DNA of 64,000 nucleotides from positions 6,014,001-6,078,000 of the forward strand of contig OZ193909.1 of assembly GCA_964276515.1 (NCBI GenBank), given 5' to 3'. Below, piece after piece: positions 13,248 through 26,592 of the stretch; positions within the stretch are counted from its first letter, which is position 1; every line of letters begins with the position of its first letter. The stretch is from Gordius albopunctatus. Taxonomy: Eukaryota. The notes under the pieces are model-generated. The model was not told where the DNA came from. It ran no database searches and saw only the letters and a list, made by a program, of their open reading frames with translations. Position numbers and translations under genes: made by a program.

Positions 13248-16200
13248 CTGGTAAAAAGTTCTTTCTTTGCGATTTGTCAAAGCACGATAATTTAGGATAA
13301 AAATCAAAGGGAGTAGGAGTAAAGGGATAGCAGCAATGAGCCATCCCAATGTATTGGCCCAACGTGGGTAAACGTAGGTTGCGTACATCATCGGTTTCAG
13401 ATTGAACCAGGATAAAACGAACAAAAGCTGGAAAAAAGTATGCATATAATTTCAACTTTATTATTCGGTAAAAACATTTGCCTATCTAAACTTCATCAAA
13501 ATGCTTTCTACTTTAAAGCTTCAGCAAGTGGCTCAGGGACTACGTTGTAAAATAATAAAAGTGGCAAAGATCATTCGAAAAAGGGAATTAAAAATACTTA
13601 ATCATTTGCCTCATTCTTGAATCATCACTAAATTTTATGCCCCCCCCCCTATCTCATTTAAATCTTGATTTCGCCCATGGGTTAATGTGTGAAGTGAATT
13701 AGTTGATATGCATTTGCTTCACTTCAATTAATTTAGGTCAAAGAAAGTTTAAAGGCAGAGTGGGGGTGGGTGGCCTACACCTCGGATTGTCTAAAGACCC
13801 GTATTTAAAGAAAAAATCGAATGATACCAATTTCTGATAACCTTCTCCATTGTCATCAAACAATTCCAACTCTCTTTAGTGCGAAAAATTGTAATAACAA
13901 TATGCCAAACCAACAGTTTTGCTTAGAAACAAGATAGAGCATAACTCCAACCCAACTTGCCTGACGATAACTATCTTCTGTTTAGAATGTAAAATTAGTT
14001 ATAAAACAAACAAGTTTAAAAAGCTAAACATTTTATACAAATCTCTTATTTAGAAGTTAAATTATAACGCTGATTTAATTTCGTTGTCTTATTGAACAAG
14101 ATGCATTAAATTCAATACTTATTTATCAAATTTATTTTTGTTGTAAATTTATATTAAACAGAAATCAATTTCTTTATTTATTGAAATGGTAAATTAACTT
14201 TTAATGTTTAGATCGATTTGAAAAAGATATCGGGTCAAAAATGAAAAAATTTTAACCTCGGGTCGGGCTCGGACAAATAAAAAAAAAGAAATTTAAATGC
14301 CTCGATTGCTATTTTACAATCCTGATCAAAATATGACTCTCGACAGAACTGGGGGCTGGAGTCGAAAAAGGTATATAATGTACACTGTACGAAAGTTCTA
14401 TTTATTTTAAATAGAGTCAGATTAATTTAGAAAATATTTCTAATTTTTTTTATCTCTGGTTTGCTTCTGGTGGAGCTTGAGCCTCAGATAGGGCTGGTCC
14501 ATCAGACCATACCCGAGCCCCCCGAGGCCCTATGAATAAATTCTTTTTGTCATACAAGTGGTCAATCCAGAACTATAAGGTTTCGTAACCCGAGGAGGCT
14601 CTACTATCTCCCGTAATATTGAAGAATATACTTGATCAAACCCTGGAAACTGTCACTTAGTATTTATGTGTCTCAAATGTAAGTAATTTAGAAATAAAAT
14701 TTCAAATTTTTGCACACGCTTGGCAATTTGTAGTCCACATGTTAATCCTTATTAAAATTATGATAATTTCTTTAACGAAGCTTACTTATATAAAGTTATT
14801 GTTTGCAAATGCATTAATTTAATCAATCGAATTGATAATAATTTTTACCCCCATCATTAGTGGTAAAATAAACCATAAAGTCATCCAATAATACCAAACG
14901 CGTTTTGACCTTGTGCCAATCATCATCTCTATATCTTGGACGAATGGTTTGACGCCTTAACATAGAAAATTTCATGAATATGCCCGCGATTCTATCATAT
15001 AGTGTAGTATAGCAATTAATAAAATATAATAAATTCATCAATTGATATATAACCATAAATGTATGAGATCGCTATGCCCTCCATCAAGGCTATAAATATT
15101 AGGCCCCAATTTGTGGCAAAACTACTCAGCAGTTCGACCCAATATATTCCAGACTAATGATATAAATATATTAAATAAATTGCTTAATTATATAAAATAT
15201 ACGATTAATTCTGCTTCTTAGCTTACCCTAGAAACGAGCGGGATAGTTATAACGAAATGGATTAGGCATACCAGCCCCGTGATCCCAGACTTTTTCCATT
15301 TACCCAAATTATGAAGATTAAATTTGTCAGCCAACACAGTACAAACAGTTTCGACTCCCGCAAACTAAAAAAAAGATTTTTTAAATAATGATATCAGATG
15401 GGCAAACTTGAAGTATATAGAGAAGTGGAATCTTGTCCCAATTGTTAAAAAAAATAAAATAAGTTAAGGGGGAAAAATAAATAAATAAATAAATAAAGGT
15501 ATTAATTATACCTGACTATCAATCCCTAACAGAATGAGCATGAAAAAGAAAATTATGGACCACAACGGAGGAAATGGCAAATAAAGAAGCGCTTCGGGGT
15601 ATGCGACAAATGCTAGGCCCGTTCCTTTGTTAAACATTCAAATTTTCAGCAATATATTAAACTTTTAACTTATTAATACTAATTTTAAATTATATATAAA
15701 AATAAAAAAGAATATTATTAAATTATTTATATGATAAATTTGCAAAATAAATAGCTTTTAATATATTTTTATTATCCTTTCGTTCAATTTTGTAAATAAC
15801 AATTTACCAGAAGCGGCTATTGAAGCCACTGGAATGTTTTTTACCAAGGACATGTGGCCTATAATGCAAAAAATGGCGAAACCCGCAAAAAGGCTAGTAA
15901 AGGTATTGATCAACGTTACGATCCAAGTGTCGCTAAAACGCCAAAATAAATTTTTATGAACGGAAGTTATTTATTTTAGCTTTAAATGTGTAAAAATTCT
16001 TTTCAAACCGACTTACCGTATGATGTTATTATGAAATTCGTTGTAACTTGATAATGCTATGAGACCTCCTAATGCACAAGAAAGTGAAAAAAAGATTTGC
16101 CCGGCAGCATCTGTCCAAACCTTCAATGAATGAACCGTGTAAAAATTATTATTTAATAATAATATTTAATTTAAATTATAATGCTTTGGTGGAGCCCATT

Positions 16201-19200
16201 AGATTTCAATTTTAAAATCATCTATCTTAATTTTAACCTTTTAAATGATAAAAAGTACGTCAAAAAGTTTGCATCATTATATAAGAACAAAAAAAACAGT
16301 GTAGTAGACGTTATACTGATTATAAGCCAAATTTTTACGAGAACACCTTTGAATTCTAAATCTAAAATGCATTCGCTCAGTAAAAATTAAAATGTGTTAA
16401 AACATTAAACTTGTAAATCGTATAGACGGTTCCAATCTGGATATAAATAAAATTTGATACCATCGATTGCACCCTCCAACATGGAACCTTTGATGACCAG
16501 AATGAGCAAAACGACATAAGGAAAAGTGGCGGTAAAATAAACAACCTGCGCTCATAAAACAGGTCAATTTCATTAAAAATATAATTATTTTTTAAGGTTA
16601 AAATGCTTTTATTAGGTAAAATTGATAAATGAAATATAAAATAAACGAGCATAAAATAATATAAATATATAATTGAGCTTATGAAAGCGCCTTTTGTTAG
16701 TAGGGAAATGGGTTTATATAAAGATCTTTTTGAATCAAACAGAAATAATAATTTCTAAACAAAAACTCAAAACTTCTAATTTATTAAGATGGCTCAAGCC
16801 CATGGGCGGAGTCAGGATTGGAACTAGAGGGGGACAATAATGCTTTAGGGAGAGGTAAAAGGATATTTTTCGAGATTTGAGCCAAAATAAATATTAGATT
16901 TTTAGGTATTTCTGGATTTATAGGGGGCAGCTGCCCCCCCCCTAGCTACGCCCATTAAGCCACGTGTAATCAATAAGTATTTTAAATGTTATCAAATAAT
17001 AATTAATTAAGCAAAATAAATGTGGTTCAAATTCGCTGATTTTAACATTATGATGACACAATCGTTTGCAACTTAAAATCGAATCACCGTGGGTGTTTAT
17101 ATGATTTAGATCAAGGGAGGTGGGAGGGGGGAAATTTTTGACATTTTTAAAATAATTTTTTGATATTTTTAAGAGGGGGGTTAGACAATTGTTCCTGCCC
17201 CCCCCCCCCCTCGGTACGCCCCTGTCATTCGGACATTTTTGAGATATGTGATACTGAAAACTAGTGCTGTAAATGAACTCGTTAAAATTTTATGAACGCG
17301 TTCATGAACGGCGTTCTTTTATTTTTTGGTGAACTTTGAACGTGAACGCGTTCCTTTTTTGATGAACGCGTTCGAATCTAACGTTCGTTCTATTTTAAAA
17401 ACCCTTTTTTCTTTTTATTTATTTGAAAATTAATGTCAATCCGAATTTTTAACAAAAAAGTATTATATTTTTTAATCAGCTATTTTTCTTGTTTCCTTTT
17501 ACCAATTCCGAAATACTTTTAACATACTATAACGTGCAAAAGAAGATAAGATATAAGTTAATTAATTTGATATTATTAATTATAGTTTAATTTATAGGTT
17601 AATATGGACAATCATAATATTATATCGTCGTCATCTTCAGATTCTGAATATTCAAAATCAGCAGATGAATTGAAATTGCCATGGCCAAAATATGAAAAAT
17701 ATTTTTCACTCGTTTCATATAAAAGATCAAATTCAATAATTAAAATGAACCTATAAAGAATAAACTTTTAGTGTTATTGAAAAAAGGGATTGAAACCCCT
17801 AGAATTGATAATGAAAGAGCTGTCAATTCCGAGATATCATTTTTTGGCGAGGAAGTAGAGGGCGCGTTGGAGGATGATATCTTATCGCAATTTTTTGAAG
17901 CGTGGGACAAAAAATTAAAAGTTTTTAATAAATTTCCTCCTTTAAAAAATTTGTTTATTAAGTATAATACTCCAATCCCCTCATCTGCCCCTGTGGAGCA
18001 GGTTTTTAGTATAGCTAATGCTATATTAACTGCCAAGCGTTCCTGCTTATCAGAAGACAATTTTGAAAAACAATTATTATTAAAAATAAATAAGAAAATA
18101 GATTATATTGATTTATAATTATATTGTCGAAATAAAACTATTATTTTTTATAATGGCTATTTATTGTATTAAAAATATAAGTCATTTATTTATATTAAAT
18201 TAAACTTTAAAAAAAGCATCATAAAATTTTGAAAGAACGTCTTTTCTTTTTAAACGAACGTGAACGTGAACGCGTTCGATTTTTTTACAAATGTTTACAG
18301 CACTACTAAAAACTAATGGTGCTAGTTTGTTTTCAAAATAAATTGCAGCGATATTTTGAGGGTTGGCTAAATAATGGAACTTAATAAGGGGATAAAGTTT
18401 TTTGAAAATGATTTGTTTTTAACCTTTCCAGATGATTTGATCCCGCGAATAAGAATCAAATAAACAATGATCCAAGCTAGTAATAGGAGCAGCACAAGAT
18501 GCCAATTTATGCCACCAAATAATTCGATCGAACCCGTCGGTTGGAGCATTTTATTACTAAAAAATGTGTTTTTTCTTGATTAGAAATTTTTAGATACATT
18601 TTGAATTAAGGTTTTTTTTAAAGTTAAAAATTATTTCGTTTTAATTAATAGTCACTTGAAAAATTCTTCCGAGGGTGACACTCTCTGAGTATTATTAATT
18701 AAGGCGTCATAATATGATATGTTGGAAAGTCGGCACTCGTGTTTGAAATAGACCCCTCCTTTGAACTTGCAATCCAAACTTCTGGAATAGTCTTTGATTG
18801 AGAAACAATCTATAAAATATAATTAACCAATCAGAATAATATAAATAAAGGAATCTAGGGAGATGTGACCATCCCGCGAACGAATTTTTGTATATTATTG
18901 CATAGGCTCGTCGCTTTTATTTATGTTTTGAAGCGGTTTTAATTTCAATATATTATTTTATAAGTCAATAATAATCTTCAAAGGCGTAGCCAAGGGGGGA
19001 AGGAAGGGAGGGGTGGCTGCCCCCTTCTAAATCCAAAAAATTGGTGAAATCTATTAAAATTATGGCTAAAATTTCCAAAAATGTTCATTTTGCCCTTCCC
19101 TAAATCATTATTGCCCCCCCCCCATCTAGTGTTGTAAAAAGGGCTGGATTTTGTTTGGTCCACCTTTGGATTGGATCGACAAAACAATAACAACCCAAAG

Positions 19201-20469
19201 ATTATTTCGGCTTTTTTTCTTAATCGCATAAATAGACCAAAAAAAACCAGTCTTTATGATGGCTAAGCCCATTATAATCTTTGAAAAGTTAGTTAAGTAA
19301 GCTATATGGGCGTAAGCCAGGTTTTGGATTATGCAAAACGTAAAAAAATTTTTTCGCCATATATGGTAAGCTATACATCTAATTTTAATCTTCGTTTAAA
19401 ACCTTTTTCAAAGAGTTGTATTAAAGCAATATAATATATGAAAATAATTAACATTTTTAGACACTGCCGTCATACAAAATGGAATCCACGAATATTCATT
19501 AAGTATGCGCAAAAAGATAACACATTTTTATAAAAGCTTAGTTTTACGTTAAAAAAATAAACATTGTGGAAATTGCTGAAAGCTAAACATGCAAAATATG
19601 ATTGCAAAAAGCCTGGGCCCTTTTCAATTCTAAATAATAACTAACACAACAACTATCAATTTTTTTAAGTTGATACTTTATTATTATATATTTATATTAT
19701 TTCTAAAAATTTAGGTAATCTACTGTCCGAATTCCAAGGTTTATTGCAATCTGTCCAAGGTAGCACCCTTTGCATGGAGGCGAATAGGTAATAAAGCACC
19801 CAAGTCAAAATGACATTGTAATACAGATTGACGATTATTGTTATAAAAATCATACCGTAACCGATACCTAATTTTAGTGCAAAAACAACATTTATACTTC
19901 AAACAGTTTTAAATATTATAAGGATTATTTAGTATTTCTTGCTATAATATAAATTAATTAATATACCTTGAGCAAGAGGGACAGCTCTCCATACTTTTAT
20001 AGGTCCTAGGCTTGAAAATTGGCCAAGCGAAATTTCAATTAAAAACAAAGGAATACCCACCAAGAAGAACATGATGAAAAAGGGAATCAAGAATGCACCT
20101 TTAAAACAACAATATTTTGTATTAAAAAAAGTATATGCTAAAGTAATCTGAGAATGAAATAAATTGATTTTAAGGAATTAATGTCAAATTTAAAAGGCTT
20201 AAACAATTTTCGAACAATTTTTTTAGTTGTTGTTATATAACTTGTTTTCCGTGTAAAATCATAACTAAATTAATACTATGCTTACCGCCTCCATTTCTGC
20301 CTGCCATAGCGGGGAATCTCCACACATTGCCCAAGCCAGCGGCGTAGCCTATGCAAGACATCAAAAAATCCAATTTTCCGCTCCATGTTCCTCTTTTATT
20401 CTGTTCCACGCTCTTAATCATAACTGGAATCGCCACGATATCGGGTTTTGAATCCGTTTTCAATTCCAT
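13248..20469 (-). CDS. SLC6 (neurotransmitter:sodium symporter) family transporter, amino-acid/glycine-transporter-like; terminal exon unresolved
   Basis: 13 phase-compatible GT-AG exons: 20469-20286, 20098-19967, 19867-19724, 18809-18656, 18556-18424, 16545-16411, 16120-16017, 15932-15808, 15624-15512, 15364-15227, 15153-15054, 14955-14849, 13427-13248. Motifs [75 protein letters not shown]. Confidence 0.93.
16801..16956. mobile_element. CATGGGCG/CGCCCATG-family MITE, degenerate copy in an SLC6 intron
   Basis: Same termini and internal G-run/C-run layout as the copies at 41803, 42398, 47122, 50437 and 54915; a partial copy also lies at about 18980-19125. Confidence 0.7.
17262..18305 (+). 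mobile_element. Internally deleted hAT DNA transposon in an SLC6 intron
   Basis: TIR TAGTGCTGTAAA / TTTACAGCACTA; 8-bp TSD CTGAAAAC / CTAAAAAC; GAACG subterminal repeats; ORF 17771-18118 holds a hAT C-terminal dimerization motif ([26 protein letters not shown]...[11 protein letters not shown]); probable N-terminal remnant from about 17603. Confidence 0.92.
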
Positions 20470-21160
20470 TGGCACAAAAACAATTGTCAAATCTAATTTT
20501 TACCTGTGCCGTGCAATTTGTCAGTTGTGTTAAATGTACATATCCTTGAATTAAAATGTTAAAATTTTCATAATTTCCGCATTTTTCGCCAAAAACAGTT
20601 TGTTACTCGAACGTAAACACGATCCCAAAATAGAGTGGAATCGCTAATTTATTGTTGGGAAGAATCGAAAAGTGCAGGTATTCGGGCCAAAAATGCGTTC
20701 TATTGCTTTAACACATAATTATCATTTAAAGCTAGCTAGTTTTATTGTGCCTTTTGCCAAATTGTAAAAATAGATATGTCAGGTATTTGCTGTAAATAAA
20801 AATCTAAAATAGTCATAAAAAGCGTGCTGAAAGACTAATTTCTTTTTAATTCTTATTGAACTAAATTTTCAAGGTTTATTACAAAAAAGAAAATATTTTT
20901 AACATGTATAAAATTATCATATATTTTTAAAGTCGGGGAGAATGAGAATAGAGCAACCTTTAAGTTTTATTATTTAAAATTGCCACGTAGAAAATTAAAT
21001 CGCGTTCTAAAAAAACTAAAAATTATTTTTCCAATTTTTTTGTTGGAATATATTTTTAAGGCCTATTTTTACTATAGGAAAAATATTTGGAGGGAAATAA
21101 ATTATAGTTTTCTCACAGATTTAGTTTAAAATAAACAAAAATCCAAAAAATTTCAAAAAT

Positions 21161-21898
21161 GCCCGGGGCTAGTCATAGCCGATAGATTAAATCTGACGTT
21201 TTCACTTCTTATTAGCGTATGCTAACTCAAATCAATAAAAAGATTGCTTCATTATAAAAAAATGTAGAAATTGCAAATGTAATATGATTGTATTTTATAT
21301 AAAACAAATCGAAAGGGTCAAGATAACAATTTGACTTAAGAACACTTAAAAGATGGATTTAGCAATGGAAAAAAACTTTTAGGCGTTTTATAATGTATAA
21401 TCATAGTCTATTTCTATTCCAAATAACACTAAGTTAGATTATTAAACAAAATTTTTTGTTTTTTTAAATCTTGTCATTTATAAAACATAATGAAAAATGG
21501 CTAACAATAGCCCCTCTCCGACTAGCCCCGACCCCTATTTTCATAAACAATTAATAATTTAAGATGTTATATTGCATATAAAAATTTAATCATTAGACGG
21601 TTTTTATATAAAAAATCTCCCTTTATAAGATAAAATTTAAATTAATCCAAAATATTCAGCCAAAAAAATTTATGCGCAAAATAAAATTTTTTGTAAAGGC
21701 TACTAATAGCCCCAAAAAATCGTTTTTTCTCAATAAAAGTTTTTAATTTCATTTTTTATAAACAAAAAATGTTTTACTTATACCTTATGGAAAAATACAC
21801 ATATGGTTTAAATTTTAATTATATATCATTATTATTTTAAAAAATAATTAGAAAGATAATAGTAACCCCGGGTTACGACTAGCCCCGGTCTCCCCTAC
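21161..21898. mobile_element. Degenerate TIR element remnant with CCGGGGCTAGTC motifs, ending ...GGTCTCCCC-TA
   Basis: CCGGGGCTAGTC at about 21163 and inverted GACTAGCCCCG at about 21520 and 21878; left end not defined. Confidence 0.4.
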
Positions 21899-22159
21899 AA
21901 TCAAAAAAATGATTACTATTAATATTCAGAATACAACAGATTATAAACATACAATAAAAATAATTGGCATAACCTCTATCCGACCATTATTTTTGTACGT
22001 ATAATGGTATATCAAATTATATAGCAAAGTAGAAAAGCATCATTTGACCTAATTTATAGAATAATAAATATCCCTTCATAAGATAAACAAACTTAAATTA
22101 TTCTAACATATATAACGGAAAAATAAACGTCCAAATACAAAATGAATACTTTAAAATGT

Positions 22160-22359
22160 TAGAGTTGTTATATTGCTAACTTTCAACTCCAGCTACCATC
22201 TGCTCGAGTTTCTGCTCGGCCCTCGAGCATTTTTTTATGCTACTGCTCTGCCTAGTGCACCAAACAGCGAGCACATATTGTGCTAACGCGCATATTAAGT
22301 AACTCATTGTGCGTGCTCGCGTCTGGAGTTTGAAGAAAGTTAGCAATTTAACAACTCTA
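22160..22359. mobile_element. MITE, TAGAGTTG family (second copy)
   Basis: Closely matches 10047-10249 end to end; TIRs intact; no clear TSD. Confidence 0.85.
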
Positions 22360-23505
22360 CTAATAATATTAATAAATGTATGTTTACACAATAGACCAGA
22401 CCATCTTTTTGATTGTTAAGTGTAAAAAATTGTTTGCGTTGCTTTGAAATTATTTCATTTGAGATGCCAAAAGAGACTGAAAAACAACAAATTTGCAATC
22501 TCATCTTTCATAATCTTAGTTATTCCCTAAATTTTATTAGTTCACTTATCAAAACTTTATTTACTATAGCGTGGAGAAACTATATTATAGAAGGCGTTAA
22601 TAATACTCTTAGGCAAAATAAATAATCTATCAAAAATGTGGATATTTTACATAATCTTATACCGTCGTAGTTTTAATATTTTCAAATACCTTGTTAAGTG
22701 ATTAGGCTTCATTTATAATTTCCAAAATAAATATTAAAATTCGACAAAATGATTAAGGCTTAATTTGCTAATACCATCATAGACTGTAAAATTAATTAGT
22801 TTAGATACAAGTGATGGTGTTGCAAGTTGTAATCGCTCTCACATTCTCTAATTAGCAGGGTATAATTTAATAGTCCTTGTAAAAATTGTAAGTTATTCTT
22901 ACTATCTTGAATTCTCGTTTGTATACATTTAAGGAAAAACTAATTTAACGATTTAAAATTTAAATATTTCATCAGAAACACTGACTTATGATGATTAAAC
23001 TGCCTCATCTTTCATCATAAAATCGTAGGAAATTAATTTTCGAAAAATTTAAATCATCTTCCAAAATTTTGATGATGTAAGATTGGATTTTGAAGGACTC
23101 CACTTAGTAATTGAATTGCCTAAGGGTTAACCCTTTTTTCAGTTGAAACGATATTGATGTCTTTAAATATAAGGCCTTATTTTAATGTTACTTTTGTTTG
23201 TTTAAATAGCTAAAATTTAGATGCTTACTTTTAATATCAAAAAGTAAAATTTGATTTAAATTTACACAGGTGGTCATTTTAAATTCCCAACTTAATGCAA
23301 TATTAGTTTTTAACCCATAATGCACCCAATCAACACAGATATGGGCTAAAATCTACTTTCTAAATCTTAATATTGTTATAGTCGAGTTGCTGCCAAACCT
23401 TTTTACTCGGTAACGGTATGTAGCAATGCGTGACAGTATTTAAAGAAGAGACAATGCTTCAGATTTATATTAACTAATTAATTAAATTACTATATCGGAT
23501 ATAAT

Positions 23506-23558
23506 TAACACTACCAACGACGGTCCCAAGTCCGTGTGAAAAAAAGTGGAGGGTTGGC
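23506..23558 (+). ncRNA. Twister self-cleaving ribozyme at the RTE 5' end
   Basis: U|AACACUACCAACGACGGUCCCAAGUCCGUGUGAAAAAAAGUGGAGGG fits the twister core: P2 CACU/AGUG, P4 ACGG/CCGU, T1 CCC/GGG, T2 AC/GU, conserved UAA, CCCAAG and GAGGG. P1 is weak because its 5' strand is flanking DNA. Confidence 0.88.
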
Positions 23559-26500
23559 GTCAGGTCGGAAGCCGGCTGTAAAAAGCAACTCCAAACACCA
23601 TGGCAGCTACAAATACGAACTTATACCAGAATGCTAGGGCGTCCACCCCAAACGACGCGCATTGCATCATCCGCCCGTGCAATGCGAAAAGTATACAAGG
23701 GTCACCGCCTCACTCACAACGAAGGCGGTTAAGGAACCTAGTTGTCGAACGGACAAGAGTGGCTAGCTGGAATGTGGGCACGCTGACGGGGAAGAGCATC
23801 GAGGTTGCGCAGATGCTAAAAAGGCGAAGGATACACATAGCGTGTCTACAAGAAACGCGGTGGCATGGAACAAAAGCCAGGGAGCTAGGAGATGGTTACA
23901 AGCTATACTCCTCGGGTTCACCATCACGGAAGAACGGGGTCGGTATAGTGCTTAGCGATTCCTTTAAGGACAAAGTAGTCGAAGTCAAACGATGCTCAGA
24001 TAGATTGATGTGCATAAAGCTGGCGGATCAAGGCGGCCTTGTCAATGTTATTTGTGCGTATTCGCCCCAGGTTGGATGTTCCGAAAATGAGAAGGACGAA
24101 TTCTATGAGAAGCTCGAAAAAGAAATACGCTACGTGAAGTCTGACGAGAATCTCATCATCAGAGCAGACTTTAATGGGCACGTTGGGAAAGAAAGGGGCG
24201 TGTACGAACGAAATCACGGCGGGCATGGCTATGGGGTGAAAAATAAAGAGGGAGAGAAGTTACTACAGATGGCGCAAGCTTACGATATGGCCATTGTGAA
24301 TACCTTCTTTCAGAAGCGTACCGAACATTTAGCGACGTACAGTAGTGGGGATCACCTTACACAGGTCGACTACATATTAGTGAAGCGCAAAAATTTGTGG
24401 CAAGTTAAAGATTGCAAGGGCATACCGGGGGAAGAAATCGCCAAACAACATCGGCCAGTTGTCCTCGATATAGAAAGAAAGATTTTTCCCGTAAGGAGAA
24501 AAGTCTAACCAAGGACAAAGTACGAAAAGCTTAAGGATGATCGTGCAAATGAAATGTTTCACGCTCGAGCAACTCCGCTCTTGAAGGTTGCAGGCTTGGA
24601 GGGCGACATTAACAAAAGGTGGGGCACTGTTGCAAATGTTCTAAAGGAAACGGCCTTTCAAATATTGGGACGAACTAAGGGCGGCAGAGCTCACAAGCGT
24701 GAACTATGGTGGTGGAATGACTCGGTCAAAGAGGTTATAGAAGAAAAGAAGGCGTTGTACCTACGATGGTACAAAACGAAGAAAGGAGAAGACTACGAGG
24801 CATATCGTGAAGCGAAACGCAAAGCTAAGATAGCGGTTGCGATAGCGAAGAACGAGGCTTACACCCAGATGGCAAACAAGCTCGATACCAAGGGCGGCGA
24901 CATAGTCATGTATAAACTCGCAAAAATCAGGGAGAAAAAAAGTTGAGATGTCGGGACACTTAAAGTCATTAAAAGCGAAGAGGGACGAACGTTGTGCAAA
25001 CCGAAGGAAGTCATCGAAAGATGGAAAGATTATTTCCAAAATATGATGAACAAAACGAATAATAGAAGACCGCTAGAGAGGGTGGAACCGAACTCGAATT
25101 TGGTTTTACCATTGCAGCCTTATGAAGTAGGAGCGCAACTAACGAAGATGCGGAAAGGTAAAGCGCTAGGTCCCGATGATTTACCGATCGAAGCTTGGCT
25201 TGGGTGCAAAGGAGAAGGAATCGCCATAATGATAGGCCTATTTAACGCTATGCTGTATGAGAGTCGTATCCCTGACCAATGGAGGGAAAGTACGATCATA
25301 CCCATATACAAAGGTAAAGGTGACGCGCAGGAATGTGGCAAATTTAGAGGTATCAAGTTGACGTGCCACTCACTAAAACTACTAGAAAGGGTGCTAGTGA
25401 AAAGGCTCAATGACGAAGTTTGTCTCTCGCCCAATCAGTTTGGATTTGTGGCCGGTAAATCAACGATGGACCCAATCTTTGCGTTGAAGCAGACGATGGA
25501 AAAATATGGCTACATAAGAAAGAACTTACACATGGTCTTCATCGATTTAGAAAAGACCTACGATACGGTTCCGAGAGACTTAATATGGTGGTCCCTTAGA
25601 GCCAGAAATATACCCGAAGGATATGTTCGACTTATCAAGGAAATGTATAATGGCGCGGTTGCATCTGTTAGGACTACCGTAGGAGTAACGAAACCCTTCC
25701 GAATAATGATCGGACTACATCAAGGATCAGCGTTAAGCCCATTCTTGTTTAATCTAATTATGGATACAATAACAAAGGACTTGCACAAGCCAGCCCCTTG
25801 GACTATGCTATATGCCGACGATATTGTCCTATGCAATGAAACAAGAGAAGGGGTTTTTCATCAGGCAAAAAAATGGTCAGAACGTTTTTCGGAATTCGGG
25901 TTAAAGGTCAGCGAGAAGAAAACGGTTTACATGCAAACGATGGGCGGTAGTCCGCAAATGCACAAAAATGACGGTCCAATGTACACGGAGGTTGATAAGT
26001 TCACATATCTTGGCTCGCTATTACATCAAGAGGGAGGATGTACCGCCGAAGTCCATTCTCGGATCAAGAAAGCATGGCTCAAGTGGCGCAGCATCTCCGG
26101 TGTCATGTGTGACAAAAAGATACCAATTTGGTTGAAAAGCAAGGCGTACAAAACCATCGTGAGACCGGTCTTGCTTTACGGGAGCGAAACATGGGCTGTA
26201 ACCACCGCGGAGGAGAAACTCTTGCAAGTCACGGAAATGAGAATGGTGCGATGGAGCTTAGGCTACACCAAGCTGGATCGCATGACGAACGAATCCTTGA
26301 TGGCAAAGATGGGTATACAAGCGACGAAGGACTTCTTGAGAGAAAATCGACTGCGGTGGTATGGCCATGTATTACGAAGAGACGAAGACGATGTCACACG
26401 CCGAACGCTGGAGATGGACGTGCCTGGAAGAAGAGGAAGGGGCAGACCACGTGCCACCTGGAAACGACTGGTCGAAAAGGATATGGACGTCAAACAGATG

Positions 26501-26592
26501 GAAATTGGCATGGCATTTACGCGATTCAGATGGAAGAGGCTGCTGAAAACGTACCCCACGTCTGTGGGATTTTCAACAAGATAAAGAAGAAG
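23507..26592 (+). mobile_element. Full-length RTE-clade non-LTR retrotransposon (LINE)
   Basis: 18-bp TSD ACTATATCGGATATAATT at 23489-23506 and 26593-26610; very short (AAG)n 3' tail; one APE+RT reading frame; much higher GC than the flanks. Confidence 0.96.
23600..26584 (+). pseudogene. RTE ORF (AP endonuclease + reverse transcriptase) with two in-frame stops
   Basis: ORFs 23600-24508, 24554-24946 and 24992-26584 share one frame, broken by TAA (24506-8) and TGA (24944-6; CGA in the second copy). Motifs SWNV, LQET, DFNGHVG, QVDYILV, QFGF, HQGSALSP, YADD, RLRWYGHV, RGRGRP. Confidence 0.93.
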
